Positions 1-10,929 of a DNA stretch of 64,000 bases are shown one piece after another. The notes beneath the pieces were generated by a model. It worked only from the letters and a program-made list of their open reading frames with translations, did no database searches and was not told where the DNA came from. The DNA lies in assembly GCA_977030845.1 (NCBI GenBank), contig OZ365110.1, positions 19,034,001 to 19,098,000 of the forward strand, read 5' to 3'. Made by a program: the position numbers and the translations under genes. Origin of the DNA: Fimbriosthenelais zetlandica. Taxonomy: Eukaryota. Numbering within the stretch: the stretch's first letter is position 1; the number at the start of each line of letters is the position of its first letter.

Positions 1-19
1 ACTTTTGTATACATTACAG

Positions 20-3000
20 CGTTTGGGTCTTGGATGCCTCCAGTTATACGTCAGACAGAAGCGTTTAAAGAAATTGAGGAATGATCAAGCAATCGTTCAT
101 AGATGTACGCAGGTAAGTTTAATGTGACTTCTCAATCTCAAGCTCTATATGGTAAAAGACCTGAACGGCTAGAATTGTCTCCGACCTATTTTGGTATGTA
201 TATTCATGTCATGTTTGATATATTCAGGTAGAAGACATTATCATTTAGTGATAGTTTTAATGATACGTCTTGTTTTTTCTAGCTTCAGAAAATGGCATGG
301 ACACTCTGGCAAACCCGATGTGAGGAGCGGGAAGAATATCAACTCGCAAGTGCTTTAAGACTAGCTTCACTTCACTACAGGTTGCTATATCATTACTAAG
401 GCATACATCAGGACCTTCCTTTAAATTCCCATTTTCCCTGAAAATCTAATGAATATAATTCTACATTTCAGAGGGGTCCAACTGAAAATATCGTGGTCCG
501 TTTGGACACAGTATGTGGCCTGGAGGCGTCATAGAAAGGTAAAAATATAAAACTCTAATCTGTGTCATATCTGTGTCTTATTGAACAACTGATTTAATAT
601 GTATACTTTTGATAATAATGATCTGTTGTAGACGCAGTACCTGAAAGCTGAGGCTCACTTCTACATCACTGCCCTGCCACGGTATCTACAGCGTATGACA
701 GACTATGCGGGCTTCTGCAAGCACAAACGTGAACTAGATGCCAAGTCACAAAACTTTAGAAGGTGGGTACATTATACTCTTGAATATGGGGTATTTCTTT
801 AATTGTGCATTTCATTTTAAATCTTTCCGTGGAATAATATTATAATGTTTAATTCATGACAAGTGTTTTATTTTTATGTGGGGTTGTTCGGAAGCCTGAG
901 CAAAAACCTGTAACCATCCTGCTATTTCTTACAGAGAGAACCTCTCAGCCAGGTTTTTCTATGGTTGGGTCGAGGCGTGTCAAGTTAGTCAAGACACGAG
1001 GATGATGAATACCATGGTAGGTCCTTACCGGTAATTTCTTTTATAGATTATCATATCATTTTTTGAGAGAAAAGGGACACATGCTTATACTATATGATTC
1101 AAATATTCATTCTCGATGTCACAGGCCATCCTACACTATGAAGAATCTGCGAAGAGAAACGTATTCATTTTGTGGAAGGCAAGAACACAAGAAGTGCTGG
1201 AGGATCTGTTCAAAACCGTAAGTGGATCCAAAGAACAATTTTGAATGACTTTAACTCTTATAATAAATCAAAAAAAGCCATGGCAATGAAATTACATCAA
1301 GTATTGTAAACTAAGTTGAAATTTTCCAAAATAATAAATTATTTTTGTCCTGGTTGGGTGAAGGAAGTGGCCACAGAACACCACGAGGAGAGAGTGTGTA
1401 GGCGGGCGTTTAGAAGATGGCGTCAACATGTGAGCAACCTTCACCAGGAACATTCACAGCAGCGTCAGGCAGCCCAACACTGGTCCAAGAAAGAACTCAG
1501 CAAACACTTACAGGCATGGAAGGAGGTGATTATGATTACAATATTTAACGTCCGTGCAAAAGGTACCTTCACATTGAAGTGCATTTTACAGGATAGATAG
1601 CAGTAATCTAAAGGGAGATGATCTATTAACTCATATCTTTGTATCTTAAAGCATAAAATAGAAAATCATATTATAGAGATTTTGACCCTTAGCCCCTGTG
1701 ACATTTCAGTTGCTTGAGACTAAAAGATTTTGCGGCAATTTTTCAGTATGTTGAAATGAGGCGCGCAAAGAAGAGAAAGAAGTTGAAAGGAGATGAACAC
1801 TACACAATTGTGGCACTTGGCAAAGCTGTCGCGGCGTGGAAGGTTTGTCTGGAGGACAGAAGAGAAGTGATGGTTGTAGTGGAGGCGCGCTGGAAGGCCA
1901 GTTGTGATCTCCTGCTCAGGTAGATACAGTTTTTTTGTATAGTTAACTGGAGGTTCAGAAGGTTCATAATCTATTTCACTATCTGTTAAAATTCAATCTG
2001 TAGTCTCTGTTGTAGTTGTAATTTCTGACTAAATGACAAACTCCATGGCTGATAGAGTAGATGGCAGTAATACAGCTGACTGAATGGTGATAGGTCTTTA
2101 ACCAATAGGCATTTAACCCCTTTTACAGACGGGCCCTTCAGATATGGCAGTACCATGCTAAATTATTGAGGATGGAGAAGCAGAAGATGGCTGTTGCTGC
2201 AGCCCATCATCAGTCAAACGTCAACCGAAAAGTAGGTACTTTTTGAGTTGTGACAAGAATATGTGTTCTTAAATTTAGGTTGGTCGATACTAGCTAAATT
2301 CTGGTTTTGTTTCAGATTATTCATCATTGGCATGACTATGTCATTAGTCGAATAGAAAAGAGACGCAAGAGATCGGAAATGCTAGAGGCTGCTGAAAGCC
2401 ACTTGCAACAAGGTAGCAATTTACTCATTTAGTAACACACATTTATTAATTTTTTGCCATCAGAACTTTTTATTGTACCCTACTCTTTCATCACATATGT
2501 GACAATCCTTAGTCAGAGGCATGGTATTCATTAACATATCTACAATTTTAATAATTCCATATTACAGTTCGACTTGAGCTAGTGTTCAAACGCTGGAGAA
2601 ACAGATGCAATGAAGAAATGGTTGACAGATTTAAAAGCGAGAAAGCTCGCAAATATCATTACTTTGTAACTCTGCACAGAGCGTGGAATGCATGGTCGAG
2701 CTACACTCAGATATCCATCAGGAAACAGGTAAATTATCTACCTTAACGGTAATCTGTCCCCAGCTCCACACTTAATTTCAATTTAATCTCAATCAGTAGA
2801 ATATTAGTTGACTAATGGCTATTATGATTTCAGTTGTTGGCAAGACAATCTCAGCGCTACAATAGAATGCGTCTGACGAGGACATATTTCATCTGCTGGA
2901 AAGAGTCCCTCCAGTCGGCTCAAGAGTTACAAAACAAAACAAATATAGCGCTTTGGCAATGGTGCCTCACCCTGCAACGAAAGGTAGGCCTATGTACTTG

Positions 3001-6000
3001 GATATTGAATACGTATTGATTTCTTTCATCTGATACAACTTGGGAAATCATGTAATCTGGAATATGCAGGTTGTTGGTTAAGTTATCGTCAATTTGTCAT
3101 GGAATTGTTCTTGACATCATGGAGACTTTAGTCCACAGTTGCCCATAATACTGGAAGCAAAGACTTCACTCTTTATACAAACCCTAGGTTATTTGCATGG
3201 ACAGTTCTACAGCCTTTTGGAGCATCTCTTCATCATCCTCTTCCTCAGCAGAGTCCGCATCTTGGGGAATTGGTGCTTCTTGCTTTACATTCTTTTGTTC
3301 CATCAGGGATAACATGATGGCCTTCTTAAGAGCTTCTTCCTCATCATATGCAGCTCCCTCTCCCTCTCCCTCCTCATCTTTTTCATTCTCAGCATCATCT
3401 TCATTCCCTTCATCACCAGATCCCATCAGCAAAAGTTCATCTTCATTTGCCACTGCTTCCTTCTTCAGGTCTTCTGCAACCTTCCGGTCTTTACTTTTCT
3501 CTGTCGTTTCTTTGCTTTTCATCTTCGGTTCCTGACCATACGAGATCAGTTTTTCTGCCAGCCACTTTTCCCATTCCTCATCAGGCCCAACATCCAGTGC
3601 CATTTGGAAGGCTTCCACTGCTTCCTCCCTTTTTTCTATCTTGGCCATGGCAAGACCCAGCAGGGCATAACTTGTGGGAGAAAATGTCTCAGATATATTT
3701 TTGGTTTTATCACAGAAATCCTTGAAATCTTTGATAGCATTCTCACGTTTCACACCTTCGGTCACAATTTGGTCTTCAACCAGAGATAAGAAGAACATAT
3801 GTGCCAAAGCTGGAACTGTTTCTAACTGACCGCCCAGTGCTTCAGCCATTGCTCTCATGTCTGGATGGAGAGATACAATCTCATTGCTATCATAGCTGTT
3901 GGCTGCTGTCAATTCTGAAAAAAAAATGTTTAGATAAATTGGGAATTAACCGTCAATTTCAGGCCTGTTTAATGTTTGGACCATTTTCTTTAATGTTAGT
4001 TTATGTTGAATCGACTTGCAGAATTAACCCTTGATTTACTAAGACCCCACCCTGTCAGCTAACCTGTCAATATTATTAAAGATTAATATTACCATCAGAG
4101 TTGACAATGTCAGTGATCAAATCCTTTGCTCTTTGCCAGTCTTGAGTGTACCGTAAGAAGACCACATAGTCTGCTTTAGTTGATGCTGTCACTCCCGATT
4201 CAGCCATTGCAGCCTCAAACATGTCTTTGGCCTTTGACTTGTAAGTCTCTTCCCCTGCCACATACATGGAATGATAATTGCATCCAAGATTCCCCATGTA
4301 TGTATGTTTAGCGGGCAGGTCTACTTTCTCTATTATATACTCATAGAGAAAACAACTCCAGTAGATATTCTCATGGAGTCTTGAGACGACGAAGTCCCAA
4401 ACCCCGTCTTTCAACTCCATCCCCTTTTCTTTCACTAGATTTTCCACTTGCCTGTGGAAAAGGGCAATCTTTTCAAAGGCAACCTCTTTTGTCAGCTCAG
4501 TATCTTTCGTACCTGCTTTGTTAATCATAAGGCGGAGCAGGAAGGGAACGAGGACATACATAAAGGAATGCGCTTCATTTTGTGGATGCATTCTACTTTC
4601 GGTTACATCGAGAATCGGTTCAAATACTTCCCGCTCGATCCCCAGATTGGAATCAAATTGAAAGGAGAGATTAAAATCAATAAAAATAGTCAGAGCGTCA
4701 CTTCTTGCCTCTGCCAAAGCCACTTGAGTTGCATCGAGGAAATCTTCTGATATTCCACTGAGGAGGTTTCTACTGGGAATGAAGTAATCTGGGAACTCTC
4801 CACTGATGATTTGGTGCAGAAGGCTATCTAGGCAGTACATGAGGAGGGCAGTTGTTTGATCGAGCCTCCATGAGCCAGGCTGAACTTCTTCACACATCCT
4901 CAAGAAGTTAGCTCTCAAATGCTGCATCTGTAACACTCGTGGGCAGCTGAGTTTCTAAAATATAGAAAGAAACGGAATTTTCAGATCATTTTTTTTGTGA
5001 ATTTGGTGCATATGTCATAAACAACATGTAATTAAAACGAATGATATCCAAATTCAATCATTAATCTCTTTAGGATTGATGGGGAGCAATGCATTACATT
5101 CAGGAATAATGTGAAAAAAGACAAAATCATGTCTTACCTGGAACCACAATATCTTCAGCAGCGTGAAGACATATTTCTGTATTGGAGACAATGAACTCAT
5201 AAGCCTACGTTCCGCCACCGCAAAAGAATACGTCCAGGAGGCTTCAGATGTTGGGACGACATAGCACCCTTCACTTTTAACTTTCTCCATTATATCAGTA
5301 GAAGGCCAGTCATGTTTGCGTGCCCTGGTGAACCATTCCATAGCTACTTCTGGCCACTCGGGGCAATTAAAAGCATAGGAATGGCTCCATAGATCTACCT
5401 TAGTGTTGTAATGCTGAACATCTTGCTGATCTATGGTTGGCAAAGGTTGTATATGCCCCGTTTTGAAATTGGGCACACCTCGGGTAAATGGCTTCGGTGA
5501 AAGATAGACTTTGTCCTCGATTCCATTGCTTGTCAGGTTTTGACTCACCAGAACTTCTGCCCCTCTTAATTGAAGGTTTAATAAACCCCCTCCCTTATCT
5601 TTTATGATTGCCAGTGTTGGTTGCCCAACCCTTGGCTTTTTGTTCTCGCCTTGCTCGGATTCTAATGCTTGATTTTGGGAAGTTTTCCTTTCAGGATCTG
5701 AATGTATTGTACAAGTTTGATTCACTAGGTAGACTTCTATGTCAGTGTCCTCTGTATTGGTCTGTGTTTTCACCTGTAGAGCAGTTGGAACTTGTACCCC
5801 TTGGACAATCCCACCTGTCACGTCTGGTTCATGGTTGGCATAGTTATATCTCGCCTTGATTCTGGAATTTGAAAGAATATTATGAGAATAATATCCAAAT
5901 ATCTTATAACATTATCTTATTTATGCTGCAGTTCAAACATATTCCAAGTATGATTTTGCCATACACAGTCAGCATACTTACTCCTTGATTTTGGCTGTAT

Positions 6001-9000
6001 CTGTAATTGCTATATGATCGTCTAAGAGCAAAGTCCTGAATACAAAGTTGGATACACTGACTGGGCAGTGCAAGTGCCAGTCCCAGAGCAGGCCACCATC
6101 CTCCATATTAAACATCACCTAGAAGCAAGTGAAATATAATACAATTTATATAATTCAGAATAATGAAATTATGATTTAAAAATATATATCCTATAACATG
6201 CTACACTTGTATAGCCCTAGGCACCAAGCAAGTGCCTATTTGTATAATATGCCCTACACAAAATATTTGTCTAAATAGCTTAGTTTCTGGCTAGTTTCAT
6301 TTTCAGGTTAGTTTCATTTTCAGGTCAGTAGTCATACATCTTTCTTAGAAGATCAAAATACATCAAAATTGAATTCCCAACTGTATAAGCTACCTTAAAT
6401 ATCAGGTGTATAGAATGAAGAGAATTAAAAATACTTACTTTAACCACTGCGCACTGGCCACTCGATATTCCTAGAGTAGATAGGGGCAATCAGTATCTTT
6501 GTAGTGTAACCTTACAGTACTGAGTAGGCCCTGCAGCTCTTTCCCGATGCTTCGGGCCGTGAGTGGGGAATCCCAATGTTGCAGCTTGAGGATATTGATT
6601 TTACTGCTCTATAAAAAAGTGCATTATATCGGCCAAACCATGGTTTCCAAGTATGACACTGCAAACCATTGATTGAGATTCATAAGAGAATATTATTTCA
6701 TAGCACTTTTCAACTTGTTATTCTTTTCAATACTACAATACTACTAATTTAGTATCTCCCTAGAGTGTAGTGTTGTACCTATATGCTTAACCGACCCAGA
6801 TCTAAGTATCTGGGCCATCATGGATTCGCCTGTAGTGTGTCCCAACTTGGCTAGGGGACGGCTATGGTTGAGTTAAATTTAGTGGGAGGGTGATGGAGGT
6901 TGGGGTTTGGCAGTAACCATCACATTCTGCACTACGTCTACCTGTACGTACTGGCTAGGGGACGAGTCATGCATTTTTATATTGGCTACATAATACATTT
7001 CATATATATTTATACATTTCATAATTATATGAAAAATATATTATAAAAAAATGCCATTGTACATAAAATGTTCACAATTATTTGTGAAAATTGTCACTGA
7101 ATTATCATTCTGATTTCTTTCCCAGACTCTCATCATGTGGTATGTATATACCCAGCACAGGAAGAGGAAAAAGGGAAGAGTAGCTCAAGCTCTGGAGAAG
7201 AGGAGAAATATGCTTGTTAAACGAGGAGCAGCTCAGTGGCTGAGTGTGGCTTCTGATCTGGCTCAGATGAGACAGAAGTATGCTGCCAAACAAGGGGCAG
7301 AGGTAAGTGAAAATCTAGTCCCTTCTGACTTTAATACCAGTTCCCTTAGATATCTCTTGCTTTCTGAAATATCCATTCAACTTTTCATTTTTTTCTCAAA
7401 ATCTCGATTCTCCTACGTTACTCTGTAATGAATTTGCATCAGAATTACAAAAAAAAATTTATTGCAATCTTTCTCAGTTTAGCACTGGGTGACATGCATC
7501 TCCGAAACATTAACCTATACTGTGCATGTTTAATCTCATTTTTTTCCCCCTTTATCTTAGAAATCGTACAGAACCCATCAGGTGGTGGCCCACTGTGTGT
7601 CTCATTGGAGATCGTGGGCAGCGAGGAGGAGACTGGAGAGACCTCCTTCAGAGAGACTAGAACCACAAAGCATCACAGAGAAGGCTTTACCCAAAAGCAA
7701 TGGTCCACCGCATGAGCCCAACCTTCAAAATAAACCATCCTTCCGAGGAATTGATTTCATGCTGCCAAAGCAATCGGTGAATTCTCCCATTAAAATGCTG
7801 AACGCAGGGAACCACGAGTAAGTAAATTATATTTCGCTGATTACATTCTCAGCTTTTCCTGTTGAAATGATGAAGAGATAAGAACAGGTGGGATTTTCTA
7901 TGTCAAATCAACTTTGAGTTTCCTTTGTGGTAGGTATCTTCCTCCTGGAGTCGGGAATATAAAGGCTCCAAGAGCTGTACCCAGAACTCCCGCATTCTTA
8001 CTCGAATCTCTCAAGAAAGATGGCCTCTACTCATCAATGGACAAGACGGGGTGAGTTACTCCACTTAATTGAATAAAATAAATTATGTTACGATAAAATT
8101 ATTTTACAAAAACACCAGATCCCTGACCAGTATTGAATTGGTTAAAACGTTTTTGTCATTAAGTACTACCGGTATAAATACTGCATAAGTTTATCATATT
8201 GAATTTGTTACAGGGTCGAGATTTCGGTCCCCTTCGTGCCTCCTGACTCCAGCACCTCATCAAGTGATAACCCAAACCTTACATACATCATACCGGCCCC
8301 CACGAAAAGTCGCGAGGAGCCAAATAGAATCATCCATACTGACCATTCCAAACCCCACCGAGGCCATCAAAGCCATGACGAATCTCTCACCATCTCAGAA
8401 GAGGCCAGTCCTCGGCCGCCACTGAACTTCGAAACTCTAAATTCAGAAAACAAACACTTCCACCCACAGCATCTCCATCCAAGCAGAAAACTAAATGGCA
8501 ATATGGATATACAAGAGAGAATGTGTTCCACATCTGATAGTGAAGAATCGGATGTTCTTTCAGTTCAGCATCCCAAAAGAACTCAATCAGAGACCAGTGT
8601 TCGTCCAGTTATCAATGCCCCAAGCCAAAATGTCCACCTCCTTCCACCGCATGCATTCCTATTGAAAAGGGATGGTACTCCCATGACAACAGGGATGTCT
8701 GGAATCCATACCACTACCGGCGATCCAGGCTTATCTCAAGCCAAAGGGGATTATCATGAGGTCTTGCCATATCCTCACTGGTCCAAAACCAGGTCGACTG
8801 GTGCCAATGACGATACATTAGATCTTACATTTACAACTGTGGCTACCAATGTGTCCACTTCACCCAGGGTTCTCATTACAACTGCTGATATGGGGTATGG
8901 GGAGAGGAGGAAGGGGGCAGAGGAGGAAGAGATGAGCAGCTACCTCTCACCTGCTGAAGAGATGATTCACATCAGGAACAGGTTGAGAATCTTCAAGGAC

Positions 9001-9748
9001 AACAAAAATAAACTGAGGTATTTGGAAAATCTTTTCTGTTAACATGCTGTCTATGCCATATCAGAGACCCTAGAACGAGCCCAATATAGGGTCTCTGGCA
9101 ATATTTTAGTTGAATATGATACAGATAGGTAATCACTTATTCGATTCGAACCTGGGGCATCTTTCATAAGCTTTATGAATGATGCCTGTGGTACCCATCT
9201 TGCGTCCGAGTCCGTTATTAATAAAGATGCACATTTATGGCCTAAATTTTATGTCCGACTGGCCTTTTTTAATGTTTCAGGCTTGCTTGTGAACACAGAG
9301 ATCAGTTGAGGAGTTGGTTGCTAGACCAAGACGCTCATGGTGTTAATGATCCAGATGTGGCAGCTGCCCGCTTGGAATTCATCACGGTAACTTTTTCAAG
9401 TTTGTATTATGTTGGCCTAAGATTCTTCTATGTCTATGATTTAGACATTACTGTAATATTACTAATTTACATTTTTGAGTTATTTAGAGGCTACATTGAT
9501 GCTGGTTTGAGATACAGCTTATAAGATATTAATCTATAGAAATCTATTGAAAAAAAACCGATCCTCATGGTTCGGCGTTAAAATTCAGATTTTGTTTCAC
9601 ATTATAATCTAACGTTTGTATTTTTTCAAAGTTGGAAGAAGAGGCGGAGATCCTTGGAGATTTGGTGCGGAAAAAGAAACCTCATGCAAGAAAAATGGCC
9701 ATACGAGTCCAGAAATTGTTAAATTTAAATCCCACATTCAAACGGTAG
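20..9748 (+). CDS. SFI1: SFI1-like centrin-binding centriolar protein, 5' end outside window; 18 exons: 20-112, 283-380, 472-538, 632-762, 935-1016, 1125-1217, 1364-1525, 1747-1919, 2129-2231, 2316-2412, 2568-2728, 2834-2983, 7126-7302, 7561-7817, 7934-8050, 8214-9017, 9281-9386, 9632-9748
   Basis: All exons are bounded by AG/GT and splice in frame. The product has repeated Trp-containing basic helical units typical of Sfi1 repeats (RRAFRRWRQHV, KAVAAWK, HRAWNAWSSY, WCLTLQRKTLIMWYVYTQHRKRKKGR), then PRTPAFLLESL, a low-complexity linker and a C-terminal coiled-coil ending at TAG 9746-9748. Confidence 0.85.
3184..6115 (-). CDS. Mab-21/cGAS-like receptor (cGLR)-family nucleotidyltransferase-fold protein with TPR-like region, acidic tail and two UIMs, ~816 aa; coding exons 6115-5982, 5861-5138, 4954-4093, 3914-3184
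   Basis: Splice sites join ORFs 5054..5821, 4076..4936 and 3184..3912 in frame (2451 nt). Mab-21 motifs: TGGIVQG..EDTDIE, AFNCPEWPEVAMEWFTRARKHDWPS, EGCYVVP, WTYSFAVAERRL, HLRANFLRMCE, FPDYFIPSRNLL. TPR-like SYALLGLAMAKIEKREEAVEAFQMALDVGP. UIMs EEEALKKAIMLSLME and DEEMLQKAVELSMQ. The start ATG (6115) is inferred; small upstream non-coding exons are likely at 6439-6470 and from 6516 upward. Confidence 0.85.
6293..6321 (-). promoter_or_regulatory. Two tandem ISRE/IRF-E-like elements (GAAAATGAAACT on minus) in the first intron region of the cGLR gene
   Basis: AGTTTCATTTTC at 6293-6304 and 6310-6321, a 17-bp tandem duplication; exact match to the AGTTTCNNTTTC consensus. Confidence 0.5.
6565..6574. 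promoter_or_regulatory. Canonical NF-kB site GGGGAATCCC near the 5' end of the cGLR gene
   Basis: Exact GGGRNWYYCC match, about 450 bp upstream of the inferred ATG. Confidence 0.5.
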
Positions 9749-10929
9749 TAATATAATTTAAAATATGATGATGACTAGTGACCAAGATTTAAAGTTAGGA
9801 ATTTACATTAGTATTATAAAATACGAGATAACATTTGTATATTACTTTACATTTTGATACCCGTTTTCATATGATATGCAAAACATTGCTGTATATAATA
9901 TGTACAATTATGCTGATCTGTAATGTGCAAAATGTCATCACCAAAATGAATGATTTTCAGTGATGTATGCGAATTCCATTTATACCGAAGATGGATAGAG
10001 TATTTTTCATTATACCGATACACTCCCAATGTTCATGTTTCAATCGGAGAGGGTGTTAATATTTTGAATGTATAAATTATTTATATAGACTACATTTTAT
10101 AACGATTATAACTCCAAATAAAGTCAGTGCGTTTTCAAGACCCTTTTCTATAGTGTTCATAATCCCCGATTAAAATATAAAACGATACTACACCAATTTA
10201 TAATATCCATTACAATTTTATTGTTAGTAAATGCACGTGCGACAGATTTGATATATTCCATCGGTAAATATATTATTTCTGACATGGTTGAAGTACATTG
10301 AATTGTAAAATTGAACAGTTTTTTTTAAACAAAAATGGTCGCTTGTTTCAAATTATGCTGAAGTTGCGGGTTTCAAACCCTACAGTTTTTTTTAGTAAGT
10401 ATGAACCTGGAACACAGTTCACAAATAGTGTATAAAGCTGATACAGATTTACATACCATTAATGCATTATACACGTCTAACCAAGTGCATTGGTGTACCG
10501 GGGTACCTGATGGCAGAGTGAAATCTGTAGAATAGTTACCTAAAACTCACTGGGCAGAGGGAGAGGTTGGGGGAGTGGCGTGGGTATAGCAGAGAAAGTG
10601 GTTAGGGACATTCGATAGCTTTTCTTTTATACTTTTAACATCCAGTCAGCAATTGAAGGATAAGAGGAAACACACAGTTCATTTACATGCCTCCCCCCAT
10701 AGACAGTGGGAGACATGGCTGGCCTTTGATATCCCAGTTAGCAGCACTGGGTCCGGTTCGAAGGGAAAATAACAAATTTGGAGATTGAAACCGGGAAATT
10801 CCGCATACAATTCAAACACTACCGCCGCATTCACGACCCCGACCATCGCCTTCATTTAAGATGAAAGACAAAAAGAAAGCTTTGTACAGTACATAAAGTT
10901 ATATGTACATGTACAGTAAAAGTACACAA

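Noticed and set aside
3197-3725. Ser-rich 112-aa and His/Leu-rich 125-aa plus-strand ORFs
   Set aside because: These are antisense shadows of the acidic cGLR tail (GAA/GAT codons read as TCx); they lie in the SFI1 intron and have no splice support.
6848-6964. 13-bp direct repeat tggctaggggacg flanking ~90 bp
   Set aside because: It could be a TSD, but the enclosed sequence has no TE hallmark.
10793-10802. Isolated kB-like GGGAAATTCC
   Set aside because: It lies between two gene 3' ends next to repeat DNA, with no associated promoter.
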